NCBI GenBank assembly: GCA_040902005.1
Contig: JBBDYA010000085.1
Location: 83,226 to 102,133 of the forward strand
DNA length: 18,908 bases
Source of the DNA: Gemmatimonadaceae bacterium
GTDB lineage: Bacteria; Gemmatimonadota; Gemmatimonadetes; Gemmatimonadales; Gemmatimonadaceae
Direction: 5' to 3'
Shown here: one piece after another, positions 1 through 9,109 of the stretch
Layout of the letters: the number at the start of each line of letters is the position of its first letter
Numbering within the stretch: position 1 is the first letter of the stretch
Translations under genes and position numbers: made by a program
Notes under the pieces: model-generated
Seen by the model: only the letters and a program-made list of their open reading frames with translations
What the model was told of the DNA's origin: nothing
Database searches by the model: none

Positions 1-2
1 CC

Positions 3-593
3 CCCCCCCCCCCCCCTGATCGCGTTGTAGATCTCGCCCCCCCGGGCGCGATACCGCTCGAGCACCGCACGCGCCTCCGCGCGCCGCACGTCCCGTGTGA
101 CGGTGATGCCGCGTGCCTCGAGATACCGGTACGACTCCTCGAACACCGGCCCTTCGTCGAAGCGCAGCTCCGTGGCGTCCTGCCGCGACGCGCCGCAGAC
201 GATGCGCCGCACGCCGCTCCAGAGTGCCGCGCCGAGACACATCGCGCACGGCTCGCACGACGTCACCAGGTCGTACGGCGGCATGCCTGGCGCATTCAGC
301 GAATACGCGCGCAGCCGCCCCTGGGCCGTCATGAACGCGACCACTTCTGCATGCAGGGTGGAGTTGTTCAGTCGCACCACGCTGTTGGTGCCAACCCCCG
401 CGAGGCGTCCGCTGTCGCGCTCCACCACGATCGCGCCAAACGGACCACCCGTGCCGCGCTCCACATTCTCTTCCGCGAGCCGGATCGCGAGCCGCATGCG
501 CGCGTCATCGTCGGGCAGCGGAACGTCCCACTCGATGCTGCCCGCAAGCCAGTCCGGCGGTTCGATCAGGATGCGGTGCGTGTCTGTCGTCAC
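3..593 (-). CDS. Zn-dependent nucleoside/guanine deaminase (cytidine deaminase fold), 3' end lost at the window edge
   Basis: Manual translation from GTG at 593: MTTDTHRILIEPPDWL...GGPFGAIVV...TLHAEVVA...TSCEPCAMCLGAALWSGVRRIVCG...FDEGP...GGEIYNA. Contains the HAE (345-353) and PCxxC zinc motifs. No stop before the poly-C run, which is probably why the ORF track omits it. Confidence 0.92.
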   Translation of the reverse strand, partial: MTTDTHRILIEPPDWLAGSIEWDVPLPDDDARMRLAIRLAEENVERGTGGPFGAIVVERDSGRLAGVGTNSVVRLNNSTLHAEVVAFMTAQGRLRAYSLNAPGMPPYDLVTSCEPCAMCLGAALWSGVRRIVCGASRQDATELRFDEGPVFEESYRYLEARGITVTRDVRRAEARAVLERYRARGGEIYNAIRGGGG

Positions 594-662
594 GCGCAAG
601 AAGATACAGTCCCCCCCCCCACCGACGACGAACCACCGCGCGAAGGGGGGGAGAGGCGCAGG

Positions 663-2318
663 TCAGTCGGTGAGTCGCCGGAGCGCCGAGATGGCGTGCA
701 CCACTTTCGTGGACGGCAACGCCCCTCCGTACATCGCCCTCGCAAGCTGATCGTCGCGCTTGTACAGGTCGTTGCCGAACCAGAGCTGTCCATCGCGCAC
801 GTACGCCGTCATGTAGGCGATGAACACCGGGATCTTCTCCGGCAGGTTCACGTGGCGGTTGTCCGTGCCGTGCATGGCCTGCTCGACACGACTCGCGTTC
901 CACCCCAGCACCCATTGCGCCAGCGCGTTCGGCTTTTCCACGCGGATGCACCCGTGGCTGTAGGCGCGCACGTCGGTGTTGAACAACTGCCGCTGTGGTG
1001 TGTCGTGCAGGTAGATGTTGAAGTCGTTCGGAAACATGAACTTCACGAGGCCAAGCGAATTGCCATCCCCCGGTTTCTGGCGCAGGCGCAGCTTGCCGCT
1101 CTCGGTGTACGTCTCGTAGTCGGACGGCATCCCCTGCGCCGCGAACTTCGGGAAGAGCTCCTTCGCGGCGATGTCGTCCGTGACGTTCCAGTACGGCCGG
1201 AACACCACGAACTCCATCCGATCGCTGAACGCAGGGGTGGCGCGATCCTCGAACTCGGAGCCGACGATCACCTTCATCTCCAGCGTCTTATTGCCGTGGT
1301 CGAATGCCTGGAGCTGGAATGAAGGCACGTTCACCAGGATGTACCGGTCGCCCAGCGACCGCGGCAGCCATCGGTAGCGCTCCAGGTTGGCCGCGATCTG
1401 CGCAAGCCGGAAGTCTGCCGTGATGTTCAGCGAGGCCAGCGTTTCACTGCCGAGCGTACTGTCCACGCCAATCGCGTGGCGCTGCTGGAACTGCGCAACG
1501 GCGGTCGCGAGCGACTGATCGTACGTCGCGGACGAATCGGTGTGCAGCCCCTCCGCGCGCAGGCGCGCGCGCAGTGCCTGAAGACGCGCCGGGGATTCGA
1601 CATCGCCCCGCTTCAGGGATTTCCCCTCAGGCACCCGGGGCCATCCGCCGGCCGCGACGATCTTCCGGTAGTCGTCGAGCTGCCGGCGCAGCATGTCATA
1701 GTCGGAGTCCTGCGGGCGCATGCGGCCGATCGCTTCGGCGAGATCGGCTTCCCGCAGTGTCCGCACGAGCGCGCTGTCCACCCGCTTCTCTTCCGGATCG
1801 ATGTGCCAGCTCTGCGCCACCGACTTCGGATCGATCTGGCCGGTGAGGTAGTCCTCGCCAAGCCCGACGTACGCCGTGGTGAGCAGCAGATCGGCGCGCG
1901 CGATCTGCGCCGCGCCGGGCTGCTCCACCCGTCGCATGCTGTCGAGCGCCACGGCGAGTTCCAGCAGCGGATACTGGTCCAGCTGAATCGCGTCGGAGGC
2001 GGCATTGATCAGCGCGTCCACGAGCGCGCGGGCCCGGCTATCGATGACCCCGTCACCGTTCATCCAGAGTGGCGAGTTCTTATGCAGCGCATACAGCTGC
2101 TTGGCGTGCTCCCATTGGTCAGCGGTGGCATGCTGTGGTCTGGCCTCGAGGGCTCGCTCCAGCTCGCTTCGGATCGACGCGATGGGCACGTCCTTGACCT
2201 TGGTGAGTCCAGCGGGGTTCCAGGAGCGGGAAACGTCGCCGCCGGCACTTTCTTCACGGCCGCAGGCGGTGGTGAGCGCGAGCGCCAGGCCGGCGCCAAG
2301 AATTCCGAGGGGCCTCAT
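663..2318 (-). CDS. Murein L,D-transpeptidase, YcbB/LdtD-like (scaffold + peptidoglycan-binding + YkuD catalytic domain), probable lipoprotein
   Basis: ILVNVPSFQL, VIVG, LGLVKFMFPN and IYLHDTP...SHGCIRV with the catalytic His/Cys; AVAQFQQRHAI peptidoglycan-binding segment. Start placed at ATG 2318 (MRPLGILGAGLALALTTAC, lipobox-like); ATG 2372 is an alternative. Confidence 0.92.
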   Translation of the reverse strand: MRPLGILGAGLALALTTACGREESAGGDVSRSWNPAGLTKVKDVPIASIRSELERALEARPQHATADQWEHAKQLYALHKNSPLWMNGDGVIDSRARALVDALINAASDAIQLDQYPLLELAVALDSMRRVEQPGAAQIARADLLLTTAYVGLGEDYLTGQIDPKSVAQSWHIDPEEKRVDSALVRTLREADLAEAIGRMRPQDSDYDMLRRQLDDYRKIVAAGGWPRVPEGKSLKRGDVESPARLQALRARLRAEGLHTDSSATYDQSLATAVAQFQQRHAIGVDSTLGSETLASLNITADFRLAQIAANLERYRWLPRSLGDRYILVNVPSFQLQAFDHGNKTLEMKVIVGSEFEDRATPAFSDRMEFVVFRPYWNVTDDIAAKELFPKFAAQGMPSDYETYTESGKLRLRQKPGDGNSLGLVKFMFPNDFNIYLHDTPQRQLFNTDVRAYSHGCIRVEKPNALAQWVLGWNASRVEQAMHGTDNRHVNLPEKIPVFIAYMTAYVRDGQLWFGNDLYKRDDQLARAMYGGALPSTKVVHAISALRRLTD

Positions 2319-2420
2319 ACGCTCACGAAAAGCGAATCCCGGGCCAAAGCGGCCTTGGCGCGGCGTGTGCATTGTGGCGGCGTCGGCGGGAGAATGCATC
2401 ACCCTCAACCACGATGTCTC

Positions 2421-2624
2421 ATGTCAGCTCCAAGTTTCGAACAATCGAGTCGCGGCCCTCGCCGTCAGCGCGGTGACCGCCGCACGCGTGAGCGCCTTCG
2501 CGACCTGTGCGACGAAGTGCTCGCGTCCTATCGCCTGGCTCAGGGGCAGGACCTGGTCAGCGCCGAGGATCGTGAAGTCGCGGGACAATTGCTTCCATCG
2601 ATGACGCCGCGACTCGCCGGGTAG
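2421..2624 (+). CDS. Small hypothetical protein (67 aa)
   Basis: ATG 2421 to TAG 2624, MSAPSFEQ...RERLRDLCDEVLASYRLAQGQDLVSAEDREVAGQLLPSM. It fills a gene-free gap, looks amphipathic-helical, and ends just before the 2653-2688 hairpin. No clear Shine-Dalgarno. Confidence 0.6.
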   Translation: MSAPSFEQSSRGPRRQRGDRRTRERLRDLCDEVLASYRLAQGQDLVSAEDREVAGQLLPSMTPRLAG

Positions 2625-2641
2625 CACCGCGGCCGGGCTGG

Positions 2642-2688
2642 TGAAAATGAAGAGCCCCCCACACTCAGCACGCCGAGTCTGGGGGGCC
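2642..2688 (-). terminator. Intrinsic terminator, possibly bidirectional
   Basis: Minus-strand RNA GGCCCCCCAGACUCGG-CGUG-CUGAGUGUGGGGGGCU followed by CUUCAUUUUCA. The G-U wobbles and the U-rich tail occur only on the minus strand. Confidence 0.8.
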
Positions 2689-2947
2689 TGTCACCGCTGG
2701 CGGGATTCAATCATTCGGTTCGACGCCACATCGTGCGTGGCCCGACTGACTTCCCTTCCTCAGGCCGCACGGTTACGGCCCAAGTGCTCCGTTCTGTTGT
2801 TGTCTCGAGTGGAGCTACAAGCTGCGACCAGCGACCTCGCAGCCGTCCCACCGGGGTCGAACTCCCGGAGGGAGATCACGCGCTGAATGCTCTCGCATTC
2901 ACATCACGCGATCACGTTCCGATCAAAATCCGTGAGATCGAATCGCT
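2642..2947 (-). ncRNA. Candidate ~300-nt structured non-coding RNA of unknown family
   Basis: Bracketed by a promoter and a terminator. The 5' end (2922-2946) is complementary to 2700-2724. Six internal hairpins, one with a GAGA (GNRA) tetraloop. No convincing ORF. Confidence 0.65.
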
Positions 2948-2953
2948 GCATCC

Positions 2954-2982
2954 AGTATGTTGGCGGTCGAATATTCGCGCAA
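2954..2982 (-). promoter_or_regulatory. Sigma70-type promoter for the candidate ncRNA
   Basis: TTGCGC (2982-2977), 17-nt spacer, CATACT (2959-2954), preceded by a T-rich UP-like tract (TTTCTTTTCT). Predicted +1 is near A2947. Confidence 0.65.
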
Positions 2983-3077
2983 TCCAGAAAAGAAACCGAA
3001 TTCATCGGACCCGAGTGACGGTTACTCTGCATCTCGTGTAGCAGAGCAAGATGCAGTTCTCCACACGCGACTTCAGC

Positions 3078-3187
3078 GGAAGAAAGTGAACTGTCATTCC
3101 GAGCGCAGCGAGGAATCTGCATTTCTTGAGGTAACGGATTCCTCGTCGCTGCGCGACTCGGAATGACATTCTTCAGAGCTTCCCTAA
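3078..3187. repeat. Palindromic element with a (C/T)GTC-type REP core (TGTCATTCCGAGCGCAGCGAGGAATCT...GGATTCCTCGTCGCTGCGCGACTCGGAATGACA) and an IS5-like outer end
   Basis: 12-bp perfect inverted repeat 3092-3103/3157-3168, plus inner arms 3104-3111/3146-3153 and 3109-3117/3137-3145. The outer end reads TTAG|GGAAGCTCTGAAG on the minus strand. Confidence 0.8.
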
Positions 3188-3921
3188 CGCCGCTCCGGGA
3201 TGATGAGGGTCTGTCCCGGCATGATCGCGTCATCATCGAGTTTGTTCGCGCCGGTGAGATCACCGACGGTGGTGCCGTGGTCCTGCGCGATGTCCCACAG
3301 TGTGTCGCCGGAGCGGACGCGATAGGTCGTTGCCACGGCCAGCGGTTGCGCGCGCTCGGCGAGATACCGCTCGTAGGGCGTGGGAAAGACTGCGACGTGA
3401 AAGTGCGGCGGCCCGTACTCCTCGGTTGCTTCGATCACTCCCGCGCGCTCCAGCTCCAGGAGCGTGGAGCGTAGCCAGCGAAGGCACTTTCCCTTCGGCT
3501 TGCGCAGGTCGATCGCCATGCCGGTGGGATGCACCGAGCGGCGCGTGGCGTTGGCGGGCTGCCGGGTGGCGGGACGCACGGCGCTGGTGACCACCAGCTG
3601 CTCGCCGCAGGCGGAGCGATACTGCGCGCCCAGCCGGTTCACGAACGTGCGCGTGTGCGGCTGCGCGTAGGGGTAGCGCACGGCCCCGATCGCGACGCTC
3701 CGCGACGGCGCGAGTCTCACGAGCCGACCCTTCGCCACCGCGTTGTGGACACCAGAGGGCGTTTCATAGAAGTAGAGGTTCTCGGCCACGGCCTGGCGGT
3801 GCATGCGTCTCACGCTCGACAGGGAGCCGCGCAGCGTTTGCGCGTCGGCGGCTGCGGGCGGGATGGACCCGAGCAGCAGCGCGCCGGCGGCGGAGAACAG
3901 GAAGGACAGTCGAAGCGACAT
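3184..3921 (-). CDS. Secreted DUF5715-like (Hedgehog/M15 Zn-peptidase-like) protein with C-terminal LysM domain
   Basis: Signal peptide (..PAAADA|Q); VVTSAVRP, SVHPTGMAIDL (H-x6-D) and PPHFH motifs; LysM TYRVRSGDTLWDIAQDHGTTVGDLTGAN...IMPGQTLIIP. Confidence 0.85.
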   Translation of the reverse strand: MSLRLSFLFSAAGALLLGSIPPAAADAQTLRGSLSSVRRMHRQAVAENLYFYETPSGVHNAVAKGRLVRLAPSRSVAIGAVRYPYAQPHTRTFVNRLGAQYRSACGEQLVVTSAVRPATRQPANATRRSVHPTGMAIDLRKPKGKCLRWLRSTLLELERAGVIEATEEYGPPHFHVAVFPTPYERYLAERAQPLAVATTYRVRSGDTLWDIAQDHGTTVGDLTGANKLDDDAIMPGQTLIIPERR

Positions 3922-4085
3922 GGACAACAACGATACGGCGTGAATCAGGAGCGACGCGAGCCGAGCGCAAGCGTCAGTCGGTCATACCACGGAGGGTGCG
4001 GACGGTTCCCGCACACCGCCCGCCTCTCAAGAACGATTGGCGGTGCGTGGAGGAAACAACGCGCTACGCGCTACATTCTGTTCCG

Positions 4086-5846
4086 ATGCCCCCCGAAACC
4101 GGTCTCCTCGCCATTCTCGCCGGAGGCTTCGGGCTCGCCTTTGTGTTTGGGCTGATCGCCGCCCGGCTCCGGATACCGCCCCTCGTGGGGTACCTCATGG
4201 CCGGTGTCGTCATCGGGCCATTCACGCCCGGTTTCGTGGCGGACGCCGGCCTCGCGACGCAGCTCGCCGAGGTTGGCGTCATCCTCCTGATGTTCGGCGT
4301 GGGACTGCATTTCTCCATCGACGACCTGTTCTCGGTGCGAACGATCGCGGTCCCGGGCGCCATCGCGCAGATTGTCGCGGCGACCGCGCTGGGCGCGATC
4401 GTCGCCCACTTCTGGGGATGGCCCTGGGCCGCGGGAATCGTGTTCGGCCTGTCGCTGTCCGTCGCCAGTACGGTCGTCCTGCTGCGTGCCCTCGAGGAGC
4501 GTGGCGTGCTGGACACTGGCGACGGACGCATCGCGGTCGGCTGGCTCATCGTCGAGGACCTGGCCACCGTGCTCGCGCTGGTGCTGCTGCCGGCGTTCGC
4601 CGTGACATTCGGCGGCGGCGGCGTGGCGGACGCGAGCACGGCCGCGACGCCGGGCATCGCCGGTCAGCTTGCCATCACGCTGCTGAAGGTTGGCGTCTTC
4701 CTCGCCCTGATGTTTTTCGTGGGACGACGGGCGGTGCCGTGGCTCCTGGTCCGCGTGGCGCGCACGGGATCGCGCGAGCTGTTCACGCTCGCCGTCCTGG
4801 CGGTCGCGCTGGGGATCGCCGTGGGGGCGGCGTACCTGTTCGGCGTATCCTTCGCGCTGGGCGCGTTTTTCGCCGGCGTGGTGATCGCGGAGTCCGATCT
4901 CAGCTACCAGGCCGCGTCAGACGCGCTGCCGCTGCAGGATGCGTTCGCCGTGCTGTTTTTCGTGTCGGTCGGCATGCTGTTCGATCCGACGGTCATCGCG
5001 CGGCAGCCTGTGCAGGTCCTGTCCGTGGTGCTGATCGTGATGATCGGCAAGTCGCTGGCCGCGTTCGCGATCATGATCGCGTTCAGAAAGCCGGTGCGCA
5101 CGGCGCTGCTGATTTCGGCAAGTCTCGCGCAGATCGGAGAGTTCTCGTTCATCCTGGCCGGGCTGGGCATCACACTCGGCTTGCTGCCCGGGGAGGCGAA
5201 CAGCCTGATCCTCGCCGGCGCGCTGCTGACGATCACGCTGAATCCGCTCGCGTTCAGCGCGGTGGCGCCGCTGGAGCGATGGCTCCAGCGCCAACCGCGG
5301 ATCATGAAGGTGCTGGAGGCGTCGGACGCGACGTCCGCGGTCGAGTCCACGGATGCCCAGGTGGCGTCGATGACGAATCACGTGGTCTTGATCGGATACG
5401 GCCGCGTGGGCCAGCGCATCGGGTCCGCACTGGAACACCAGGGAATTCCCTACGTGGCGGTGGAGCGGAATCAGAACACCGTGGAGGCGCTGCGGGCACG
5501 CGGCATCCCCGCGATCTTCGGCGACGCCGCGCGGCCGGGCATTCTCGACCACGTCTGCCTCGGCACGGCGACGCTGCTGGTGATCGCCTCACCGGACCCG
5601 TACCACGCGCGCGCCATCGTGGACGTGGCCAAACGGCTCAATCCCGACATCGAGATCGCCGCGCGCACGCACAGCGAGTCCGGACAGAAATTCCTCGAGG
5701 AGCATGGCGTGCATCGCGCGTTCATGGGCGAGCGCGAACTGGCGCTGAGCATGGCGCACCACACGCTGATGCGCATGGGGCGCAGCGACGACGAGGCCGA
5801 TGCCACGCTGGAGGCGATGCGTGGCTCGGCGTCGCCTGCCAGTTAG
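4086..5846 (+). CDS. ybaL: CPA2/Kef-family cation:proton antiporter with C-terminal TrkA-N domain (YbaL/RosB-like)
   Basis: PPLVGYLMAGVVIGPFTPG, LAEVGVILLMFGVGLHFS, SVASTVVLLRALE, GWLIVED, LAQIGEFSFIL; HVVLIGYGRVG Rossmann motif. Start set at ATG 4086. Confidence 0.92.
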   Translation: MPPETGLLAILAGGFGLAFVFGLIAARLRIPPLVGYLMAGVVIGPFTPGFVADAGLATQLAEVGVILLMFGVGLHFSIDDLFSVRTIAVPGAIAQIVAATALGAIVAHFWGWPWAAGIVFGLSLSVASTVVLLRALEERGVLDTGDGRIAVGWLIVEDLATVLALVLLPAFAVTFGGGGVADASTAATPGIAGQLAITLLKVGVFLALMFFVGRRAVPWLLVRVARTGSRELFTLAVLAVALGIAVGAAYLFGVSFALGAFFAGVVIAESDLSYQAASDALPLQDAFAVLFFVSVGMLFDPTVIARQPVQVLSVVLIVMIGKSLAAFAIMIAFRKPVRTALLISASLAQIGEFSFILAGLGITLGLLPGEANSLILAGALLTITLNPLAFSAVAPLERWLQRQPRIMKVLEASDATSAVESTDAQVASMTNHVVLIGYGRVGQRIGSALEHQGIPYVAVERNQNTVEALRARGIPAIFGDAARPGILDHVCLGTATLLVIASPDPYHARAIVDVAKRLNPDIEIAARTHSESGQKFLEEHGVHRAFMGERELALSMAHHTLMRMGRSDDEADATLEAMRGSASPAS

Positions 5847-6026
5847 GGAGCTCTGAAAAGAGTCGAGCAGGAAGCGCGATAGCTCCCCGGGCGCGAGCCA
5901 GTATCAATATTGAGACGACCATGCGGAGCTCCTCCCAGGTGCATCCGAGCCGCCGTCTCAATATTGATACTACGCTCGCGCCCGGGGAGCTATCGCGCTT
6001 CCGACTCGCCCTTTTTCAGAGATTCC
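5843..6026. repeat. ~180-bp long imperfect palindrome (MITE/REP-like), probably also acting as a bidirectional terminator between convergent ybaL and ettA
   Basis: Perfect 29-bp IR 5870-5898/5974-6002, perfect 18-bp IR 5900-5917/5954-5971, and outer CTCTGAAAA/TTTTCAGAG 5851-5859/6013-6021. Confidence 0.85.
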
Positions 6027-6038
6027 CGGGCGCCGTCA

Positions 6039-7715
<1,677 letters not shown>

Positions 7716-7863
7716 GAGCTCTTTGAATAAGTCGAGTTGTCAGTTCACGGAACTGAGGACCGCCTGGTTCTCGGCACTCAGTTCTGAGTAAGGGGATAGT
7801 TGTCGGGTGTGGGGTGAAAACTAGAGGCTGGTAGTTTCCCCTGCCGCCGGACAGCTTTCGGAG

Positions 7864-8565
7864 GTGAATCCCGACTTGTCCAGCCCCCTCGTCGCCATCC
7901 CGGTGTTGTTCGCGGGCGGCGTGCTCACGAGCCTGAACCCGTGCATTTACCCGATGATCCCGATCACCGCGGCGATCGTCGGCGGGCAGGAAGTGGGTGA
8001 TGGCGGCCCTCGGCCCCGGCTGCGCCCGGTTCTCCTCACGCTCACCTACGTGCTTGGCCTGGCGTCCGTGTACTCCGTGCTGGGCGTCGTCGCGGGGATC
8101 ACGGGAACGCTTTTCGGTTCGGTGAGTACAAATCCATGGCTGTACTTCGCGATGGCGAACCTGCTCGTGCTGAGCGCGCTTGTCATGCTGGACGTGCTGC
8201 CGGTGCCGATTCCGCGAGCGCTCATCGAACGCGCGACGCAGGCCGGAACGGCGGGCAGATTTTCCGGCGCGCTCGTCATGGGAGCGGTGTCGGGGCTGGT
8301 GGCGGCGCCGTGCGGAGCGCCGGTGATGGCGGCGGTGCTCACCTGGGTGACGGTCTCCCAGAGCGGATGGCTCGGCTTCGTGTACCTGTTCAGCTTTTCG
8401 ATCGGCATGTGCGCGCTGCTGGTCGTGGTGGGCATATTCTCGGGGACGCTGGCCCGGCTGCCGAAATCCGGCGCCTGGATGACGTGGGTAAAGCGGGCGT
8501 TCGGCATCATCATGCTCGCCGTCGGCGAGTATTACCTGATCAAGATGGGGCAACTGCTGATATGA
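7864..8565 (+). CDS. ccdA: CcdA / DsbD-transmembrane-domain thiol-disulfide transporter
   Basis: GVLTSLNPCIYPMIPI and LVAAPCGAP redox cysteines; about 6 transmembrane helices; LPKSGAWM. Confidence 0.9.
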   Translation: MNPDLSSPLVAIPVLFAGGVLTSLNPCIYPMIPITAAIVGGQEVGDGGPRPRLRPVLLTLTYVLGLASVYSVLGVVAGITGTLFGSVSTNPWLYFAMANLLVLSALVMLDVLPVPIPRALIERATQAGTAGRFSGALVMGAVSGLVAAPCGAPVMAAVLTWVTVSQSGWLGFVYLFSFSIGMCALLVVVGIFSGTLARLPKSGAWMTWVKRAFGIIMLAVGEYYLIKMGQLLI

Positions 8566-9074
8566 CCTCTCGAACCTCTCGTTCAATTCTGGCCGGAGCG
8601 CTGCTGTTCTCGGCGGTGGGTGCCGCCGGGCTCCCGGCCCAGGACATTGGCCTGGAGATCGGGAGCGTTGGGCCGGCCGCCGCGCTCGAAACGCTGGACG
8701 GGGTCCAGACGGATCTGTCCGAGTATGTGGGGAAGCGGCCGGTGCTCATGGAGTTCTGGGCCACCTGGTGCGGCAACTGCGAGGAGCTCGAACCCGCGAT
8801 GAGGGCGATGCACGCGAAGTACGGTGACCGCATGGCGTTCATCGGCGTGGCGGTCTCCGTCAATCAATCGCCGGCGCGCGTGAAGGCCTACGTGGAAAAG
8901 CACAGGCTCCCCTGGATCCAGCTGTTCGATCGCAAGGGCATTGCGAGCGGCGCCTACGATGCGCCCGCCACGTCCTACGTGGTCGTGCTCGACGCGGCTG
9001 GCAGGGTCGTCTATACCGGACTCGGTGGCCGGCAGGCGCTCGAGCCCGCGATCAGGAAAGCGCTGGGCGGCTGA
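8562..9074 (+). CDS. TlpA/ResA-family exported thioredoxin-like protein
   Basis: ATGA overlap with the ccdA stop; signal peptide; FWATWCGNC active site. The ORF-track start at 8136 is an over-extension. Confidence 0.9.
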   Translation: MTSRTSRSILAGALLFSAVGAAGLPAQDIGLEIGSVGPAAALETLDGVQTDLSEYVGKRPVLMEFWATWCGNCEELEPAMRAMHAKYGDRMAFIGVAVSVNQSPARVKAYVEKHRLPWIQLFDRKGIASGAYDAPATSYVVVLDAAGRVVYTGLGGRQALEPAIRKALGG

Positions 9075-9109
9075 CGCGGCGCCGTCCTTGCGCTGGCGTC
9101 GCGCCGCGC

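Noticed and set aside
1..16. Terminal poly-C (and poly-G at ~18880-18908) as biological repeats or element ends
   Set aside because: Both interrupt ORFs exactly at the sequence ends and read as poly-G outward, which is typical of sequencing or assembly artefacts.
610..655. C-run/G-run hairpin between the transpeptidase and deaminase genes as a terminator
   Set aside because: Large loop, homopolymer arms and no clear U tract; only weak support.
2716..2873. tRNA/tmRNA suggested by GTTCGA motifs (2718-2723 plus, 2862-2857 minus)
   Set aside because: No cloverleaf, acceptor stem, CCA end or tmRNA tag frame. The two motifs are better explained as complementary partners within the candidate RNA.
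2690..2947. Assignment as a c-di-AMP, TPP or cobalamin riboswitch, RNase P, SRP or CsrB-like RNA
   Set aside because: Only short fragmentary resemblances (GAGGAAG.., GGGAAG, GAACC, scattered GGA not in loops). The conserved cores are not present by eye; cmscan is needed to exclude them formally.
7740..7789. Short inverted repeats TCAGTTC/GAACTGA and ACTCA/TGAGT upstream of ettA
   Set aside because: Too short to distinguish from chance or generic intergenic hairpins.
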